Assembly: GCA_051252135.1 (NCBI GenBank)
Contig: JBPOGH010000021.1
Location: forward strand, 1 to 64,000
From: Verrucomicrobiaceae bacterium
GTDB taxonomy: Bacteria > Verrucomicrobiota > Verrucomicrobiia > Verrucomicrobiales > Akkermansiaceae
DNA: 64,000 bases
Direction: 5' to 3'
In this document: in pieces, positions 37,703-48,233 of the stretch
Numbering within the stretch: position 1 is the first letter of the stretch
How the letters are laid out: every line of letters begins with the position of its first letter
Notes under the pieces: generated by a model
What the model saw: only the letters and a program-made list of their open reading frames with translations
What the model was told of the DNA's origin: nothing
The model's database searches: none
Made by a program: the position numbers and the translations under genes

Positions 37703-38346
37703 CTAATCACAGGAATACCCCTTCGAGACCACCCTACCGTCCCGCATCACCAAAAAGATCCCCTCGCAATTCGGCTCCCGATACTCCTCGGAGTTCATAA
37801 AAAAACCAAGAGAGTCCTCCTTATACCAAGTAGAGTTTCAAAATAGCGGAATGCCGAAGTGATTTCTTGAGAGAGCAAGGCATGACGAGGGCGTGGTCTG
37901 GAGACCACAACCGAGGAAAAACGCCGCTATCTCAAGAAAGCGCTCGGCTTTATCAACTCCACAAAGTGCTGTTCAAAAATGAGCCCTTAAATCAAACATT
38001 CCGCTATTTTGGAACTCGGAGTGGTATTATCATCCATCACCACCGGCCTCCCCCGCTCCCCACCCTCCGGATAGAGCCGGACCACCTCGTCAAAAACCTC
38101 CGCCTTCGTCATCCCCGGTTCAATCGCATGGTAAAAACTCCGGTAAACCCGAAACCGCGCGTCCGCCATCCACTGGTTCAGAGCCAGCAGAAAAAACGCC
38201 GAAGTCACCAACACCCCCACCCCAAAGAAGGAAACCACCCATCGCACCCACCCCTTCCGGCGAAAACCAAAAACGATCAATCCAAGGGCCACCACGATCC
38301 CAAAGATCGCCACCCAACTGACTGCCGGACTCAGTGAAGTATCCAT
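37703..38346 (-). pseudogene. Membrane protein gene (about 145 aa) interrupted by MITE-2
   Basis: Removing 37824-38026 plus one TTA joins ...PVVMDD to KEDSLGFFMNSEEYREPNCEGIFLVMRDGRVVSKGYSCD* in frame. Confidence 0.8.
37824..38026. mobile_element. MITE-2 (203 bp) with TTA target duplication
   Basis: TIRs TACCAAGTAGAGTTTCAAAATAGCGGAATG / CATTCCGCTATTTTGGAACTCGGAGTGGTA; TTA at 37821-37823 and 38027-38029. Confidence 0.85.
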
Positions 38347-38361
38347 CTCTCGGAGCTGATC

Positions 38362-40959
38362 TTAAAATAGGTTCCGCTGCCTCTTCCACACCATCAACAT
38401 CCCCAGAAGCCCCAGCAACGCGGTCGAGGGCTCCGGAATCCCCGGAATCTTGGGAGTCGCACTCGCATCCACCTGCTCCAAACCAAATCGCTTATACTGC
38501 GCCTTCGTCTCCAGCACCACCGCACCACTCACCGGCGTCACCAGCTGATACCGTGCCGCCAGCTTCGCCAACTCATCGTAATTTGAAGTCTCCAGCGAAG
38601 CCTTCTTCACCTCCTGCCACACCCGCCACCGCGCCAACTGATCCCACACCTTCACCGCCCCCTCCGGAATCTCTCCCGCCGCCCTCCTCTCCCAACGATC
38701 CCCCTTCTCCGGAGGCGCAATCAATCGCAACAACTCCTTCTCCAGCTCACCGGGACCACCCGGACGCGCACTCCCCGCAATCCCCACCCGCTTCGCCGCC
38801 TTCTCCAAAAGCCGGTTCGGCCCGCCATCCAAATCCACCACACTAAAAGGCACCTGATGAAAGCCGCGCTCCAAAAGCTGCAAAAAACCCTCCTCACTCC
38901 GGAACGCAATCGGCTGCGCCCCATGCACCCACACCAGCTGCGTCGCCTTCATCTCCGCCGCCAACCCAAGCCCCCGCTCCAGCGCCGGAATACAATCCTG
39001 CCCACCCACAAATTCCAGCCCCTCCAACTCGTCCACCTCCAAAACCTCTTCCCCCACCGCTGCCACCACCAACACCTCATGCCCCTCCCCTCTCAAGGCC
39101 GCCACCGCACCCTCAAACGCTCGCGCCCATTCCGAAAAATAAGCCGAACCATCCACCACCAACACCACCGTCTCCGCTCTCTTCCCCCGCACACCATCCT
39201 CCCGCGTTCTCACCACCACCTCTTCCCCCTCCTGCGCAAACGGATCCTCCGTCCACACCACCTCCGGCTGCTCGCCCGGATAACACCTCACGTGGGAATG
39301 ACGCCCCATCAACTCCTTGACCGTGATCGTGCCGTGCCTCTCCCGCCACTTGTCCTTCGCCCCCTTGCCCTGCAGCCCCTCCATTTCCATCTCCAGATCA
39401 CCCTGGATAAACACACTCGTCTCCAGCTCACCCGACACCCCGAAGTTCTTCTCGATCAATCGCGGCAAAAACAACCGATCCTCCTCATCCAGCGGAGCCG
39501 TCATCCCGATCCGAATCTTCATCTTCCCGCGCGAGGGCACCGGAAAACACTGCGCCATAATCCGGTCCGCACCCACCCACCGCACCAAAACCGGATCCCT
39601 CCGCTCCCGCACCGCAATCGTCTTGTAGGCCTTCGTCACTTTTGACGTCGATGAAAATGCCGCCTCCTCGGGCTCGCCATTCACCCAAAGCGTCAACCGC
39701 GATACCACCCCCTCCTTCGGCAACAATATCTGCATCCGCGCCTCCTGATCCCACCCCGCCTCATTCTCAAATTCCAGCGTCCACTCCCAATACCCCAACC
39801 GACTGGCCGAATCCACATGCCCGTCCAGCCGCGACGCATGCAGCTCCAGCCCCGCCAGCCGCGCCGACACCCCGTCACCTCCATGATTCTCATCAAACAC
39901 CACCCCGCTGCTCCCCCTCCCGAAACCCATCATCGAATCCTCAAGACGCTCCGAGTCCGATGACCGCCCCGTCACCCGATAATAAAACTCCCTGCGCTTC
40001 TCCCGCTCCTTTGCCGTCACCGACAACCTCCCATCGATGGACGCATAACTCCCCAGATTCGTCACAAATCCCGTCGTATCGGTAAACGACTTCCGCCCCA
40101 CCGACCCCTCATAACACATCGCCAACAAGGTCCCCTCCGCCCCCATCTTCCGGGCCAAGCCCGGATCATCCGCCGCCACCGCATACCGCGAAACATAAGC
40201 CGGCCCCTCCACAATCAACAACAACCCCAATCCCAGGAGCAACCCCACCAACCACGGCCCCTTCAGCCTCGAAAACTCCGCCCCCCTGATCAGCCCGTAA
40301 CAAAGATAAATCGGCGCCGCCGCCGCCAAGGCACACAGCAAAAAGATCGGAATCATCAACAGACCGATCCCCGCGGACATCGCGATCCCCATCGCATAAA
40401 ACACCGTTCCCACCGCCAAAACAGGCACCGCCAACAACCCCCAATACCCCGCCACCACCGCCCCCGCTCCCCGCAGCACCGCAACCCACCCGGAGGACCC
40501 CTGCCCCAGACGCAGCACCCCCAATACCGCCACCCCCAGCACCAACACCACCTGCGGCAACCGCGACATCGGATCAAAAAACATCGTCGCCAGAGTCCCC
40601 GTAATCATCTCAAAGATCACCACCAGCAACGGCCAGATCGTATAAAAAAACGGATGCTTAAACAGATCCACCACCCCTCTCCAAAAGCCACCCGCCTTCC
40701 CCTCCTCAGCCTGTCCATGAATCAAAATAGCCGGCTCCAATCCCGGCAATCCCATCTCCGCAACCGCCCCCTCCACTTCCTCAAGCGTCACCAACGCCCC
40801 ACCCTCTCCCCGCGCCCGCCACAAATGAGCCTCCAGATCCTCCCGTATCTCACCCGCATCCGCTCCCTCCAGCTCCCATCCCGCACGATTCCGCGCCACC
40901 CAACCTTCGAGCGCTTTCCTTGCTTCCTCCGTGAGCCATTGTTCCTTCTCCTTGTTCAT
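38362..40959 (-). CDS. Membrane protein with VIT domain and C-terminal PEP-CTERM
   Basis: N-terminal HAAS-like segment and TMs; EWTLEFEN..QEAR.QILLP..VVSRLTLWVNGE..EAAF (VIT); YQLVTPVSGAVVLE; IPEPST + KRQR. Confidence 0.8.
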   Translation of the reverse strand: MNKEKEQWLTEEARKALEGWVARNRAGWELEGADAGEIREDLEAHLWRARGEGGALVTLEEVEGAVAEMGLPGLEPAILIHGQAEEGKAGGFWRGVVDLFKHPFFYTIWPLLVVIFEMITGTLATMFFDPMSRLPQVVLVLGVAVLGVLRLGQGSSGWVAVLRGAGAVVAGYWGLLAVPVLAVGTVFYAMGIAMSAGIGLLMIPIFLLCALAAAAPIYLCYGLIRGAEFSRLKGPWLVGLLLGLGLLLIVEGPAYVSRYAVAADDPGLARKMGAEGTLLAMCYEGSVGRKSFTDTTGFVTNLGSYASIDGRLSVTAKEREKRREFYYRVTGRSSDSERLEDSMMGFGRGSSGVVFDENHGGDGVSARLAGLELHASRLDGHVDSASRLGYWEWTLEFENEAGWDQEARMQILLPKEGVVSRLTLWVNGEPEEAAFSSTSKVTKAYKTIAVRERRDPVLVRWVGADRIMAQCFPVPSRGKMKIRIGMTAPLDEEDRLFLPRLIEKNFGVSGELETSVFIQGDLEMEMEGLQGKGAKDKWRERHGTITVKELMGRHSHVRCYPGEQPEVVWTEDPFAQEGEEVVVRTREDGVRGKRAETVVLVVDGSAYFSEWARAFEGAVAALRGEGHEVLVVAAVGEEVLEVDELEGLEFVGGQDCIPALERGLGLAAEMKATQLVWVHGAQPIAFRSEEGFLQLLERGFHQVPFSVVDLDGGPNRLLEKAAKRVGIAGSARPGGPGELEKELLRLIAPPEKGDRWERRAAGEIPEGAVKVWDQLARWRVWQEVKKASLETSNYDELAKLAARYQLVTPVSGAVVLETKAQYKRFGLEQVDASATPKIPGIPEPSTALLGLLGMLMVWKRQRNLF

Positions 40960-41309
40960 AAATTCTTCTCGTTCGGGGTTCGAATCTCGCCAACCGCACT
41001 GGTCAGATCATCGTAATAAGACTGCATCGCCAGCGCCCGCGCCTTCCCCGACGCACTCAGCCGATAATACTTCCGCGCCGGCCCACTCTCACTTTCCTCC
41101 AGCCGCGATAAAATCAACCCCTGCTTCCTCATCCGCGAAAGCAACGGATAAATACTCCCCTCCGAGGCATCCAACCCCGGCGCCCCCACCAACTGCCTCA
41201 CCAATTCATAACCATACGCCTCCTCCTCCCGCCCAATGGACGTCAACACGCAAAACTCCAGAATCCCCTTCCGAAGCTGCACTGTCCAATTCTCAAATCC
41301 ATCACTCAT
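40956..41309 (-). CDS. PadR family transcriptional regulator
   Basis: QLRKGILEFCVL; YGYE; EGSIYPLLSR; GPARKYY. Confidence 0.92.
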   Translation of the reverse strand: MSDGFENWTVQLRKGILEFCVLTSIGREEEAYGYELVRQLVGAPGLDASEGSIYPLLSRMRKQGLILSRLEESESGPARKYYRLSASGKARALAMQSYYDDLTSAVGEIRTPNEKNL

Positions 41310-41414
41310 CACCACTTTCAATATAACGACCGCAAGCTACCTTGTATTGCAATATATTTCAAAAATTCCATTTTTTCCTCTCCGCTTGCCCCAATGCACA
41401 ACAATATCGGCATC

Positions 41415-42179
41415 GTGATCGGAATCATTGACTCAGGAGTGGGCGGACTCTCGGTCTTAAAAGAAATCCACTCCCTGCTGCCTAACCACTCGCTGGCCTA
41501 CATCGGCGATTCCGCCTGGTGCCCCTACGGCAGCAAATCCTTCGACGACATCCAAAAGCGCGTCTTCGCCCTCTCCGACTACCTCATCTACCTCGGCGCC
41601 GAACTGATCGTCGTCGCCTGCAACTCCGCCACCATCGCCGCCGTCGAAGCCCTCCGCGTCAACTACCCCGTCCCCTTCGTCGGCATGGAACCCGGCGTCA
41701 AACCCGCCGCCGCCATCACCCAAACACACACCATCGGAGTCCTCGCCACCGAGGCCTCCCTCAGCGGAGAAAAATTCCACCGCCTCGTCTCCACCCACGC
41801 CTTCGACCTCCGCGTCATCACCCAACCCTGCCCCAAATTCGTCGAACTCGTCGAACAAGGCATCCTCGACGGACCGGAGGTCGACGCCGCGATCAGAGAA
41901 TACACCGCCCACATGCTCGCCGAGGGCGCCGACACCCTCATCCTCGGCTGCACCCACTACCCCTTCCTCAAACCCGCCATCGAAGCCCTCCTCCCCGCCC
42001 ACATCAAAATCATCGATACCGGCCACGCCGTCGCCAAACAAGTCGCCAAACAAAGCCCCCGCCCCGCGGACCACCCGCAAATCCAAATCCTCACCACCGG
42101 CCCCCTCAAGCAGCTCAACCTCATCCTCCCCAAACTCTGCCCGGAGATCGCCGCAAAATGCGAAACCGCCCACCTCTAG
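41415..42179 (+). CDS. murI: Glutamate racemase
   Basis: IDSGVGGLSV; PYG; VACNSAT; LGCTHYP. Confidence 0.95.
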   Translation: MIGIIDSGVGGLSVLKEIHSLLPNHSLAYIGDSAWCPYGSKSFDDIQKRVFALSDYLIYLGAELIVVACNSATIAAVEALRVNYPVPFVGMEPGVKPAAAITQTHTIGVLATEASLSGEKFHRLVSTHAFDLRVITQPCPKFVELVEQGILDGPEVDAAIREYTAHMLAEGADTLILGCTHYPFLKPAIEALLPAHIKIIDTGHAVAKQVAKQSPRPADHPQIQILTTGPLKQLNLILPKLCPEIAAKCETAHL

Positions 42180-42184
42180 CACGC

Positions 42185-42982
42185 ATGAAATTCGCACCCC
42201 TCATCGCCGCCCTCTCCCTCTTGGCCGCCATCTTTTTCCTCCTCCGGCAACCCCATCCACCCCAAGACCCACCCGCGGACCCTCACCGTTCCCACCCACC
42301 CACAACCACCACCAACCCGGAAAAAATCGACCCCGCACCCCGCTACACCACCGCCGACCCCTCCCGCGACGGCACCGGAAAATTCTACCTCGGTCGCGAA
42401 ATCGCCCAAGTCATGGGCCACCCCGCCATCTCCTGGCTCGAGCGCGGCAACCGCGAAGACGAAGAAGCCCCCTCCAAAGCCATCCAGCTCCTCAACCTAA
42501 AACCCGATGCCGTCATTGCCGATATCGGAGCCGGCTCCGGCTACTACACCTTCCGCCTCGCCGCCCAACGCCCCCGGGGAAAAGTCGTCGCCGTCGACAT
42601 CCAGCCCGAAATGATCAGCTACCTCGAACAGGAAAAAGAATCCACCGGCCTCACCAACGTCTCCGCACACCTCGGCAAAATCGACGACACCCTCCTCCCC
42701 CCGAACTCCATCGACGCCGCCATCATGGTCGACGCCTACCACGAGTTCTCCCACCCCTACGAGATGATCCGCTCCCTCGTCAACGCCCTCAAGCCCGACG
42801 GCCGCATCTTCCTCCTCGAATACCGCGCCGAGGACCCCACCGTCCCCATCAAACCCCTCCACAAAATGTCCGAAGCCCAAGCCAAAAAGGAAATGGCCGC
42901 CGCCGGATTACAATGGGCCGGCACCAAACACGACCTCCCCTGGCAACACCTCATGATCTTCGAAAAAGCCGACACCCCATGA
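42185..42982 (+). CDS. Class I SAM-dependent methyltransferase, exported/membrane-anchored
   Basis: DGTGKFYLGREIAQVMGH; ADIGAGSGY; AVDIQ; DAYHE. Confidence 0.85.
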   Translation: MKFAPLIAALSLLAAIFFLLRQPHPPQDPPADPHRSHPPTTTTNPEKIDPAPRYTTADPSRDGTGKFYLGREIAQVMGHPAISWLERGNREDEEAPSKAIQLLNLKPDAVIADIGAGSGYYTFRLAAQRPRGKVVAVDIQPEMISYLEQEKESTGLTNVSAHLGKIDDTLLPPNSIDAAIMVDAYHEFSHPYEMIRSLVNALKPDGRIFLLEYRAEDPTVPIKPLHKMSEAQAKKEMAAAGLQWAGTKHDLPWQHLMIFEKADTP

Positions 42983-43902
42983 CCCTTCCCTCCTGGCTGG
43001 ACCCCGATCAACGCTACCTCCTCGGCATCTCCGGCGGACGGGACTCCGTCTGCCTCCTCCACCTCCTTCACCAATCCGGCTTCCAAAACCTCACCCTCTG
43101 CCACCTCAACCACGGCCTCCGCGGACCCGGATCGGACGCCGACCAACTCTTCGTCCAACAACTCGCCACCTCCCTCAACCTCCCCCTCCTCACCGAAAAG
43201 GCCGACCTCTCCACCTCCACCCTCTCCCTCGAGACCGCCGCCCGCGATGCCCGACACCACTTCTTCCGGAAGTGCGCCCAAAAAACCGGCACCCACAACA
43301 TCCTCCTCGCCCATCACGCAGATGACCAGGCCGAGACCATCCTCTTCCGCCTCCTCCGCGGATCCGCCGGACTCACCGGCATCAGGGAACAACAAACAAT
43401 CGACGTCTCCGGCACCCCCCTCACCCTCCTCCGCCCCCTCCTCCACTTCCGCCGCTCCCAAATCACCGCCTTCCTCAAAAAACAAGCAATCCCCTTCCGC
43501 GAAGACCCCACCAACGCCGAACCCCTCGCCACCCGCAACCGCCTCCGCAACGAAGCCCTCCCCCTCCTTGCCGACATCATGGGCCGCGATCCCTCCCCCG
43601 CCCTCATCCGCGCCTCGGAATACGCCCAAGAAGCTGAAACCCACCTCACCCAATCACTCGACTCCCTCAACCCCATCGACCCCCAGGGACGCATCCACCT
43701 CCCCACCCTGCGCCAACTCTCCCCCTTCCTCCAAAAAAGAACCCTCCATCACTTCCTCAAAGAGGCAAAGATCCCCGACCTCTCCGCTGATCTCATGGAG
43801 CGGCTCCTCCCCCTCCTCGATCCCCACGGCCCCCCATCACAAAATCTCCCCGGTGGTCTCCGCCTCCGCCGGAAGGAATCCCGACTCTTCATCTCTCCAT
43901 GA
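42979..43902 (+). CDS. tilS: tRNA(Ile)-lysidine synthetase
   Basis: SGGRDS; HLNHGLR; E..AR..R; AHHADDQAET; RNRLR. Confidence 0.93.
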   Translation: MTLPSWLDPDQRYLLGISGGRDSVCLLHLLHQSGFQNLTLCHLNHGLRGPGSDADQLFVQQLATSLNLPLLTEKADLSTSTLSLETAARDARHHFFRKCAQKTGTHNILLAHHADDQAETILFRLLRGSAGLTGIREQQTIDVSGTPLTLLRPLLHFRRSQITAFLKKQAIPFREDPTNAEPLATRNRLRNEALPLLADIMGRDPSPALIRASEYAQEAETHLTQSLDSLNPIDPQGRIHLPTLRQLSPFLQKRTLHHFLKEAKIPDLSADLMERLLPLLDPHGPPSQNLPGGLRLRRKESRLFISP

Positions 43903-44315
43903 AACAACTCCTCCCTCTCCTCCTCCTCAGCCTCGCCTCCTGCGGAATCATCAAAAACCTCTCCCGCTCCAAGCCCGATCCCAACGCCAAACCCGAAGCT
44001 CCCCGACGCGAAGTCATCGGCCGCATCGCCTCCGTCTCCGAAACCGGCAACTTCGTCCTCATCCAAAAATACGGCCCCGGCTCCCTCCCCAAACGCGTCC
44101 TCTTCCAAACCGTCGGAGTCGGCGGATCCCAGGCCAGCCTCAGACCCACCGGCGAACGGGTCCGCGACTTCTTCGCTGCCGATATCATCAACGGAACCGT
44201 CAAGACCGGAGACGCCGTCATCACCTTCCCTCTCGTCATCCAAAAGGCAGAATCCGAGGCCCAAAAAGCCCATATTTTGCCTCCAGAGGACGATCCGGAC
44301 CCCAGCTTGGATTGA
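43899..44315 (+). CDS. Lipoprotein, hypothetical
   Basis: LASC lipobox; ATGA overlap with tilS. Confidence 0.7.
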   Translation: MKQLLPLLLLSLASCGIIKNLSRSKPDPNAKPEAPRREVIGRIASVSETGNFVLIQKYGPGSLPKRVLFQTVGVGGSQASLRPTGERVRDFFAADIINGTVKTGDAVITFPLVIQKAESEAQKAHILPPEDDPDPSLD

Positions 44316-44540
44316 TTTCATTAAAAAAATCGGGGGTTTTCAGATCACCTCAAAATTCCTTAATTTTTCTTAAATACCCCGAAAACACTAGCTTCCAGCT
44401 TGCCTGACAAGTGCTCCAATCCATTTAATTTAAAAAATAAGGCATTTTCACCTTGAAAATTTTAAAGGAATCGCGGTATTGTCCTTTCCGAAGCTGCTGG
44501 GCAAACTAATTTGTCCCAAATAACCGAAAGTCGTACCACA

Positions 44541-44996
44541 ATGAAAACGAACCCTGTCAATCAATCAACCCCCGGTAAGATGGACCATGACCGCCTTGCG
44601 GATTTTGTTCTCTTCACTCAACGATCTTGTATCCTCAACCTCTCCAGCGAACTGAACCGCGGTAACCTCTCGTTCCCACAGTTCTTCTTGCTGACCTACC
44701 TCTCCAGCGAAGACTATCTTACGATGTCCGCGATCGCCAAGAAGATGGGACATTCAACTGCTGCCGCTACCGGTTTGGTTGATCGTCTTGAAAAGCTTGG
44801 TTTCGTCGAACGTGTCCACGCTGCCGAAGACCGTCGCAAGATCATGGTCCGCATCACCCAGGCCGGTGTCGAACTCGTCGCCAAAATGCGCGGTCACATC
44901 GCCGATGAGCTCTCCACCGTCATGTCCGAACTCGATGAAGACGAAGTTGCCAACATGGCAGTCGCCAACCAGGCCATCGTTGGAAAGTCCCTCTAG
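44541..44996 (+). CDS. MarR family transcriptional regulator
   Basis: LSFPQF..L; ATGLVDRLEK.G.VER...EDRR...V.IT..G. Confidence 0.9.
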   Translation: MKTNPVNQSTPGKMDHDRLADFVLFTQRSCILNLSSELNRGNLSFPQFFLLTYLSSEDYLTMSAIAKKMGHSTAAATGLVDRLEKLGFVERVHAAEDRRKIMVRITQAGVELVAKMRGHIADELSTVMSELDEDEVANMAVANQAIVGKSL

Positions 44997-45070
44997 ACCC
45001 CCCAAAAATTTCGCCCCCCAATAAGCTAAGGAAACTTGGCTTACCCGAGACGCTTCCATAGGCTAAGGCC

Positions 45071-45727
45071 GTGTCGGAAGCGTCTCTTTTTTTATCCCCC
45101 ATCCTCTCTCACAAGGAAATCCGCGCAGACTTCATCCCGCGCATTCCCGGAGTCCCCACCTCCACCAATAAAGAGGAAACCCTCGCCCTCCTCGAGCCCC
45201 ACCATCAAGAGGCCGCCTCCCGCCTCGGCTTTCCAAAAACCTACCTCGCCGAGCAAGTCCACGGCTCCCAACTGGCCCTCATCACCCCCCGCTCCCCCCT
45301 CCTCAACAAAGGAGTCGATGGCCTCCTCACCAACCAACCCGGCTGCCTCCTCGGCATCCATGTGGCCGACTGCGGAGCCATCTACCTCCTCGACCAAAAA
45401 ACCAAGGCCCTCGCCCTCCTCCACTCCGGCAAAAAAGGCACCGACCTCAACATCCTCGGCCACGCCGTCACCACCATGACCCGGGAATTCGGCACCCACC
45501 CCGCAGACCTCATCGCCGTCCTCGGCCCCTGCATCAGACCCCCTCACTACGAGATCGATTTCGCCGACACCATCCGCCAGCAAGCTCTCCACGCCGGTAT
45601 CCCCGCGGAGAATTACCACGACTGCGGACTCTGCACCGCCAGTGATCCCGACCACTTCTACTCATACCGGCTGGAAAAAGGAAACACCGGCCGTATGATC
45701 GCCCTCCTGGGCCGTGTGGACAAATAG
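45071..45727 (+). CDS. pgeF: PgeF/YfiH family (laccase-domain) protein; C-terminus altered by MITE-3
   Basis: QVHG; DGL.T; VADC; LHSG; GPCI; CT...FYSYR...TGRM. Confidence 0.85.
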   Translation: MSEASLFLSPILSHKEIRADFIPRIPGVPTSTNKEETLALLEPHHQEAASRLGFPKTYLAEQVHGSQLALITPRSPLLNKGVDGLLTNQPGCLLGIHVADCGAIYLLDQKTKALALLHSGKKGTDLNILGHAVTTMTREFGTHPADLIAVLGPCIRPPHYEIDFADTIRQQALHAGIPAENYHDCGLCTASDPDHFYSYRLEKGNTGRMIALLGRVDK

Positions 45728-45921
45728 ATTTGCGTAGCGATGAGAGATCATTTTTCTTCAGGCAAGGCAGCTAAGCGTGAGTTGATGAACATCAATGATC
45801 CCGTTGCTAACGCAGAATGGAGGAAAATGAGCCGAAACGCTCGTTATCCGATGTTTCCCTACCATAAAAATCTTCTTCAACTCTGTCTGTTCGCTGCGTG
45901 ACGCTATTTGTTCACCCGGCC
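45710..45921. mobile_element. MITE-3 (212 bp) at the pgeF/ispE junction
   Basis: TIRs GGCCGTGTGGACAAATAG / CTATTTGTTCACCCGGCC, flanked by TG on each side; AAGGC..GAG-hairpin-TGA..AACGCA core. Confidence 0.8.
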
Positions 45922-45937
45922 TGGGCCACCTCCCATC

Positions 45938-46762
45938 ATGACCTTCTCCGCTCCCGCTAAAATCAACCTCTCGCTCAAAATCACCGGCAAGAGACCCGAT
46001 GGCTTCCACGGCCTCGAAACCCTCGTCCTCCCCATCACCAGTCTCAACGACACCCTCGAATTCACCCCCGCGGAATCCTTCGCCCTCCAATGCGAAACCC
46101 CCGGCGTCCCCACCGATGAGACCAACCTCGTCTCCCGCGCCCTCCGCCTCTTTGAAAAAGGCACCGGAATCCCCTGCCCCTTCCACATCCAACTCACCAA
46201 GCACATCCCCCACGGCGCCGGACTCGGTGGAGGAAGTGCCGACGCCGCCGTCACCTTCCTCGCCCTCAACCAACTCACCCGCGCCAACGTCCCCCTCGAC
46301 ACCCTCGCCACCTGGGCCGCCCAACTCGGCTCCGACATCCCCCTCTTCCTCTACCAACAACCCTGCTACTGCACCGGACGCGGAGAAATCATCGAGCCCG
46401 TCGACCTCCCCTGGTCCCACCCCATCCTCCTCTTCAAACCCGCCTTCGATATCCCCACCCCCTGGGCCTACTCCCGCTGGACCGACTCACAGGAACTCAA
46501 AAGCTTCCACTACCAACCCCAGCAGGTCGGCCAAACCACCCTCTTCAACGACCTCGAACGCCCCGTCTTCGAAAAACACCGCTTCCTCGGCGAACTCAAA
46601 AACTTCCTCCTCCGGCAGGACGAAACCGCCGCCGCCCTCATGTCCGGCTCCGGCTCCACCGTCCTCGCCGTCCTCCACCCCGGGGCCGACGGAAACTCCC
46701 TCATCAAACGAACCCTCGAAGCCATGGACCCCACCCTCTGGCACCACCTCCACCGGCAATAA
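45938..46762 (+). CDS. ispE: 4-diphosphocytidyl-2-C-methyl-D-erythritol kinase
   Basis: APAKINL; KHIPHGAGLGGGSADAA; LGSDIP; MSGSGS. Confidence 0.95.
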   Translation: MTFSAPAKINLSLKITGKRPDGFHGLETLVLPITSLNDTLEFTPAESFALQCETPGVPTDETNLVSRALRLFEKGTGIPCPFHIQLTKHIPHGAGLGGGSADAAVTFLALNQLTRANVPLDTLATWAAQLGSDIPLFLYQQPCYCTGRGEIIEPVDLPWSHPILLFKPAFDIPTPWAYSRWTDSQELKSFHYQPQQVGQTTLFNDLERPVFEKHRFLGELKNFLLRQDETAAALMSGSGSTVLAVLHPGADGNSLIKRTLEAMDPTLWHHLHRQ

Positions 46763-46840
46763 AATCCACGGGACAAGCCCAACTCCCGGTGTTAGGCTTT
46801 TCCAAGCGAAGGAACCCTCCTTCCCCCCAACAATTTCCCC

Positions 46841-48118
46841 ATGGCTCGCGCAAACAACCTCACCATGTGTTCCTTCTGTGGCAAAAGCCACTCGGAGGTC
46901 AAAAAACTCATCGCCGGACCCGGCGTCTACATCTGCAACGAATGTATCGACGTCTGCTCCACCATCCTCCGCAAAGAACTCGCCGGACAGGATGCCAGCA
47001 TGCCCGAAATCCAGGGCGACCCGCTCACCGGCGAGGTCCCCACTCCCGCAGAGCTCTTCGCCCACCTCAATGACTACGTCATCGGGCAGGAAGACGCCAA
47101 AAAGGTTCTCTCCGTCGCCGTCTACAACCACTACCAGCGCCTCCGCCAGGACGAACTCACCAACGATGAGTTCGATGACGTCGAAATCGAAAAATCCAAC
47201 GTCCTCCTCCTCGGACCCACCGGCTCCGGTAAAACCCTCCTCGCCAAAACCCTCGCCCGCCTCCTCGACGTCCCCTTCTGCATCGTCGATGCCACCACCC
47301 TCACCGAAGCCGGATACGTCGGAGAAGATGTCGAAAACATCATCCTCCGCCTCCTTCAATCGGCCGACTTCGACGTCGAAAAAGCCGAGCGCGGCATCAT
47401 CTACGTCGATGAGATCGACAAAATCGGGCGCAAAACCGAGAACGTCTCCATCACCCGTGACGTCTCCGGAGAAGGCGTCCAGCAAGCCCTCCTCAAAATC
47501 CTCGAAGGCACCGTCTGCAACGTCCCGCCCCAAGGCGGCCGCAAACACCCCCAACAGGAATACATCCAGATCAACACCGAGAAAATCCTCTTCGTCTGCG
47601 GTGGCGCCTTCGTCGGCATGGAAGACATCGTCCGCCGCCGCCTCGGCAAGCGCGTCCTCGGATTCAAAGCCGGAAACACCGAAGCTGAAGAGGAACGCGA
47701 CGAATACACCCTCCTCAAGAAAGTCGTCCCCGAGGACCTCCTCCACTTCGGACTCATCCCCGAGTTCGTCGGACGCCTCCCCGTCATCTCCTCCCTGCGT
47801 AAACTCAGCGAGGACGAGCTCGTCCAAATCCTCACCGAGCCCAAGAACGCCCTCCTCAAGCAATACCAAAAGCAACTCGCCATGAACAAGGTGAAGCTCA
47901 AGCTCACCAAGGATGGCCTCACCGCCCTCGCCGAGGAAGCCGTCAAGCGCGGCACCGGCGCCCGCGCCCTCCGCTCCATCTTCGAGGGCATCATGCTCGA
48001 TATCATGTATGAAATCCCCTCCCGGGATGACATCGGCTCCGTCACCATCAACCGCGCCGTCGTCGAAGGCACCAAATCCCCCGTTCTCAAAAAGAGAAAG
48101 CAGGAAGACGCCGCCTAG
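46841..48118 (+). CDS. clpX: ATP-dependent Clp protease ATP-binding subunit
   Basis: CSFCGK zinc finger; [27 protein letters not shown]. Confidence 0.97.
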   Translation: MARANNLTMCSFCGKSHSEVKKLIAGPGVYICNECIDVCSTILRKELAGQDASMPEIQGDPLTGEVPTPAELFAHLNDYVIGQEDAKKVLSVAVYNHYQRLRQDELTNDEFDDVEIEKSNVLLLGPTGSGKTLLAKTLARLLDVPFCIVDATTLTEAGYVGEDVENIILRLLQSADFDVEKAERGIIYVDEIDKIGRKTENVSITRDVSGEGVQQALLKILEGTVCNVPPQGGRKHPQQEYIQINTEKILFVCGGAFVGMEDIVRRRLGKRVLGFKAGNTEAEEERDEYTLLKKVVPEDLLHFGLIPEFVGRLPVISSLRKLSEDELVQILTEPKNALLKQYQKQLAMNKVKLKLTKDGLTALAEEAVKRGTGARALRSIFEGIMLDIMYEIPSRDDIGSVTINRAVVEGTKSPVLKKRKQEDAA

Positions 48119-48135
48119 CACTTCGCAAATTCACA

Positions 48136-48172
48136 AAGCCCGCCTCCCACCGGAGCGCGGGCTTCTTTTTTC
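48136..48172 (+). terminator. Intrinsic terminator after clpX
   Basis: AAGCCCGC...GCGGGCTT followed by CTTTTT. Confidence 0.7.
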
Positions 48173-48233
48173 CACCCGTCCGGAAAAGATTCCTCCGCTT
48201 GAACCCCGCCAATCCTCAGCTAAGCTTCCCCTT

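Noticed and set aside
37867..38337. Plus-strand 156-aa ORF
   Set aside because: Starts inside MITE-2 and is antisense to the interrupted membrane gene.
44400..44510. Possible MarR operators (TTGCCTGACAA, TGCTGGGCAA)
   Set aside because: Plausible autoregulation but too degenerate to support.
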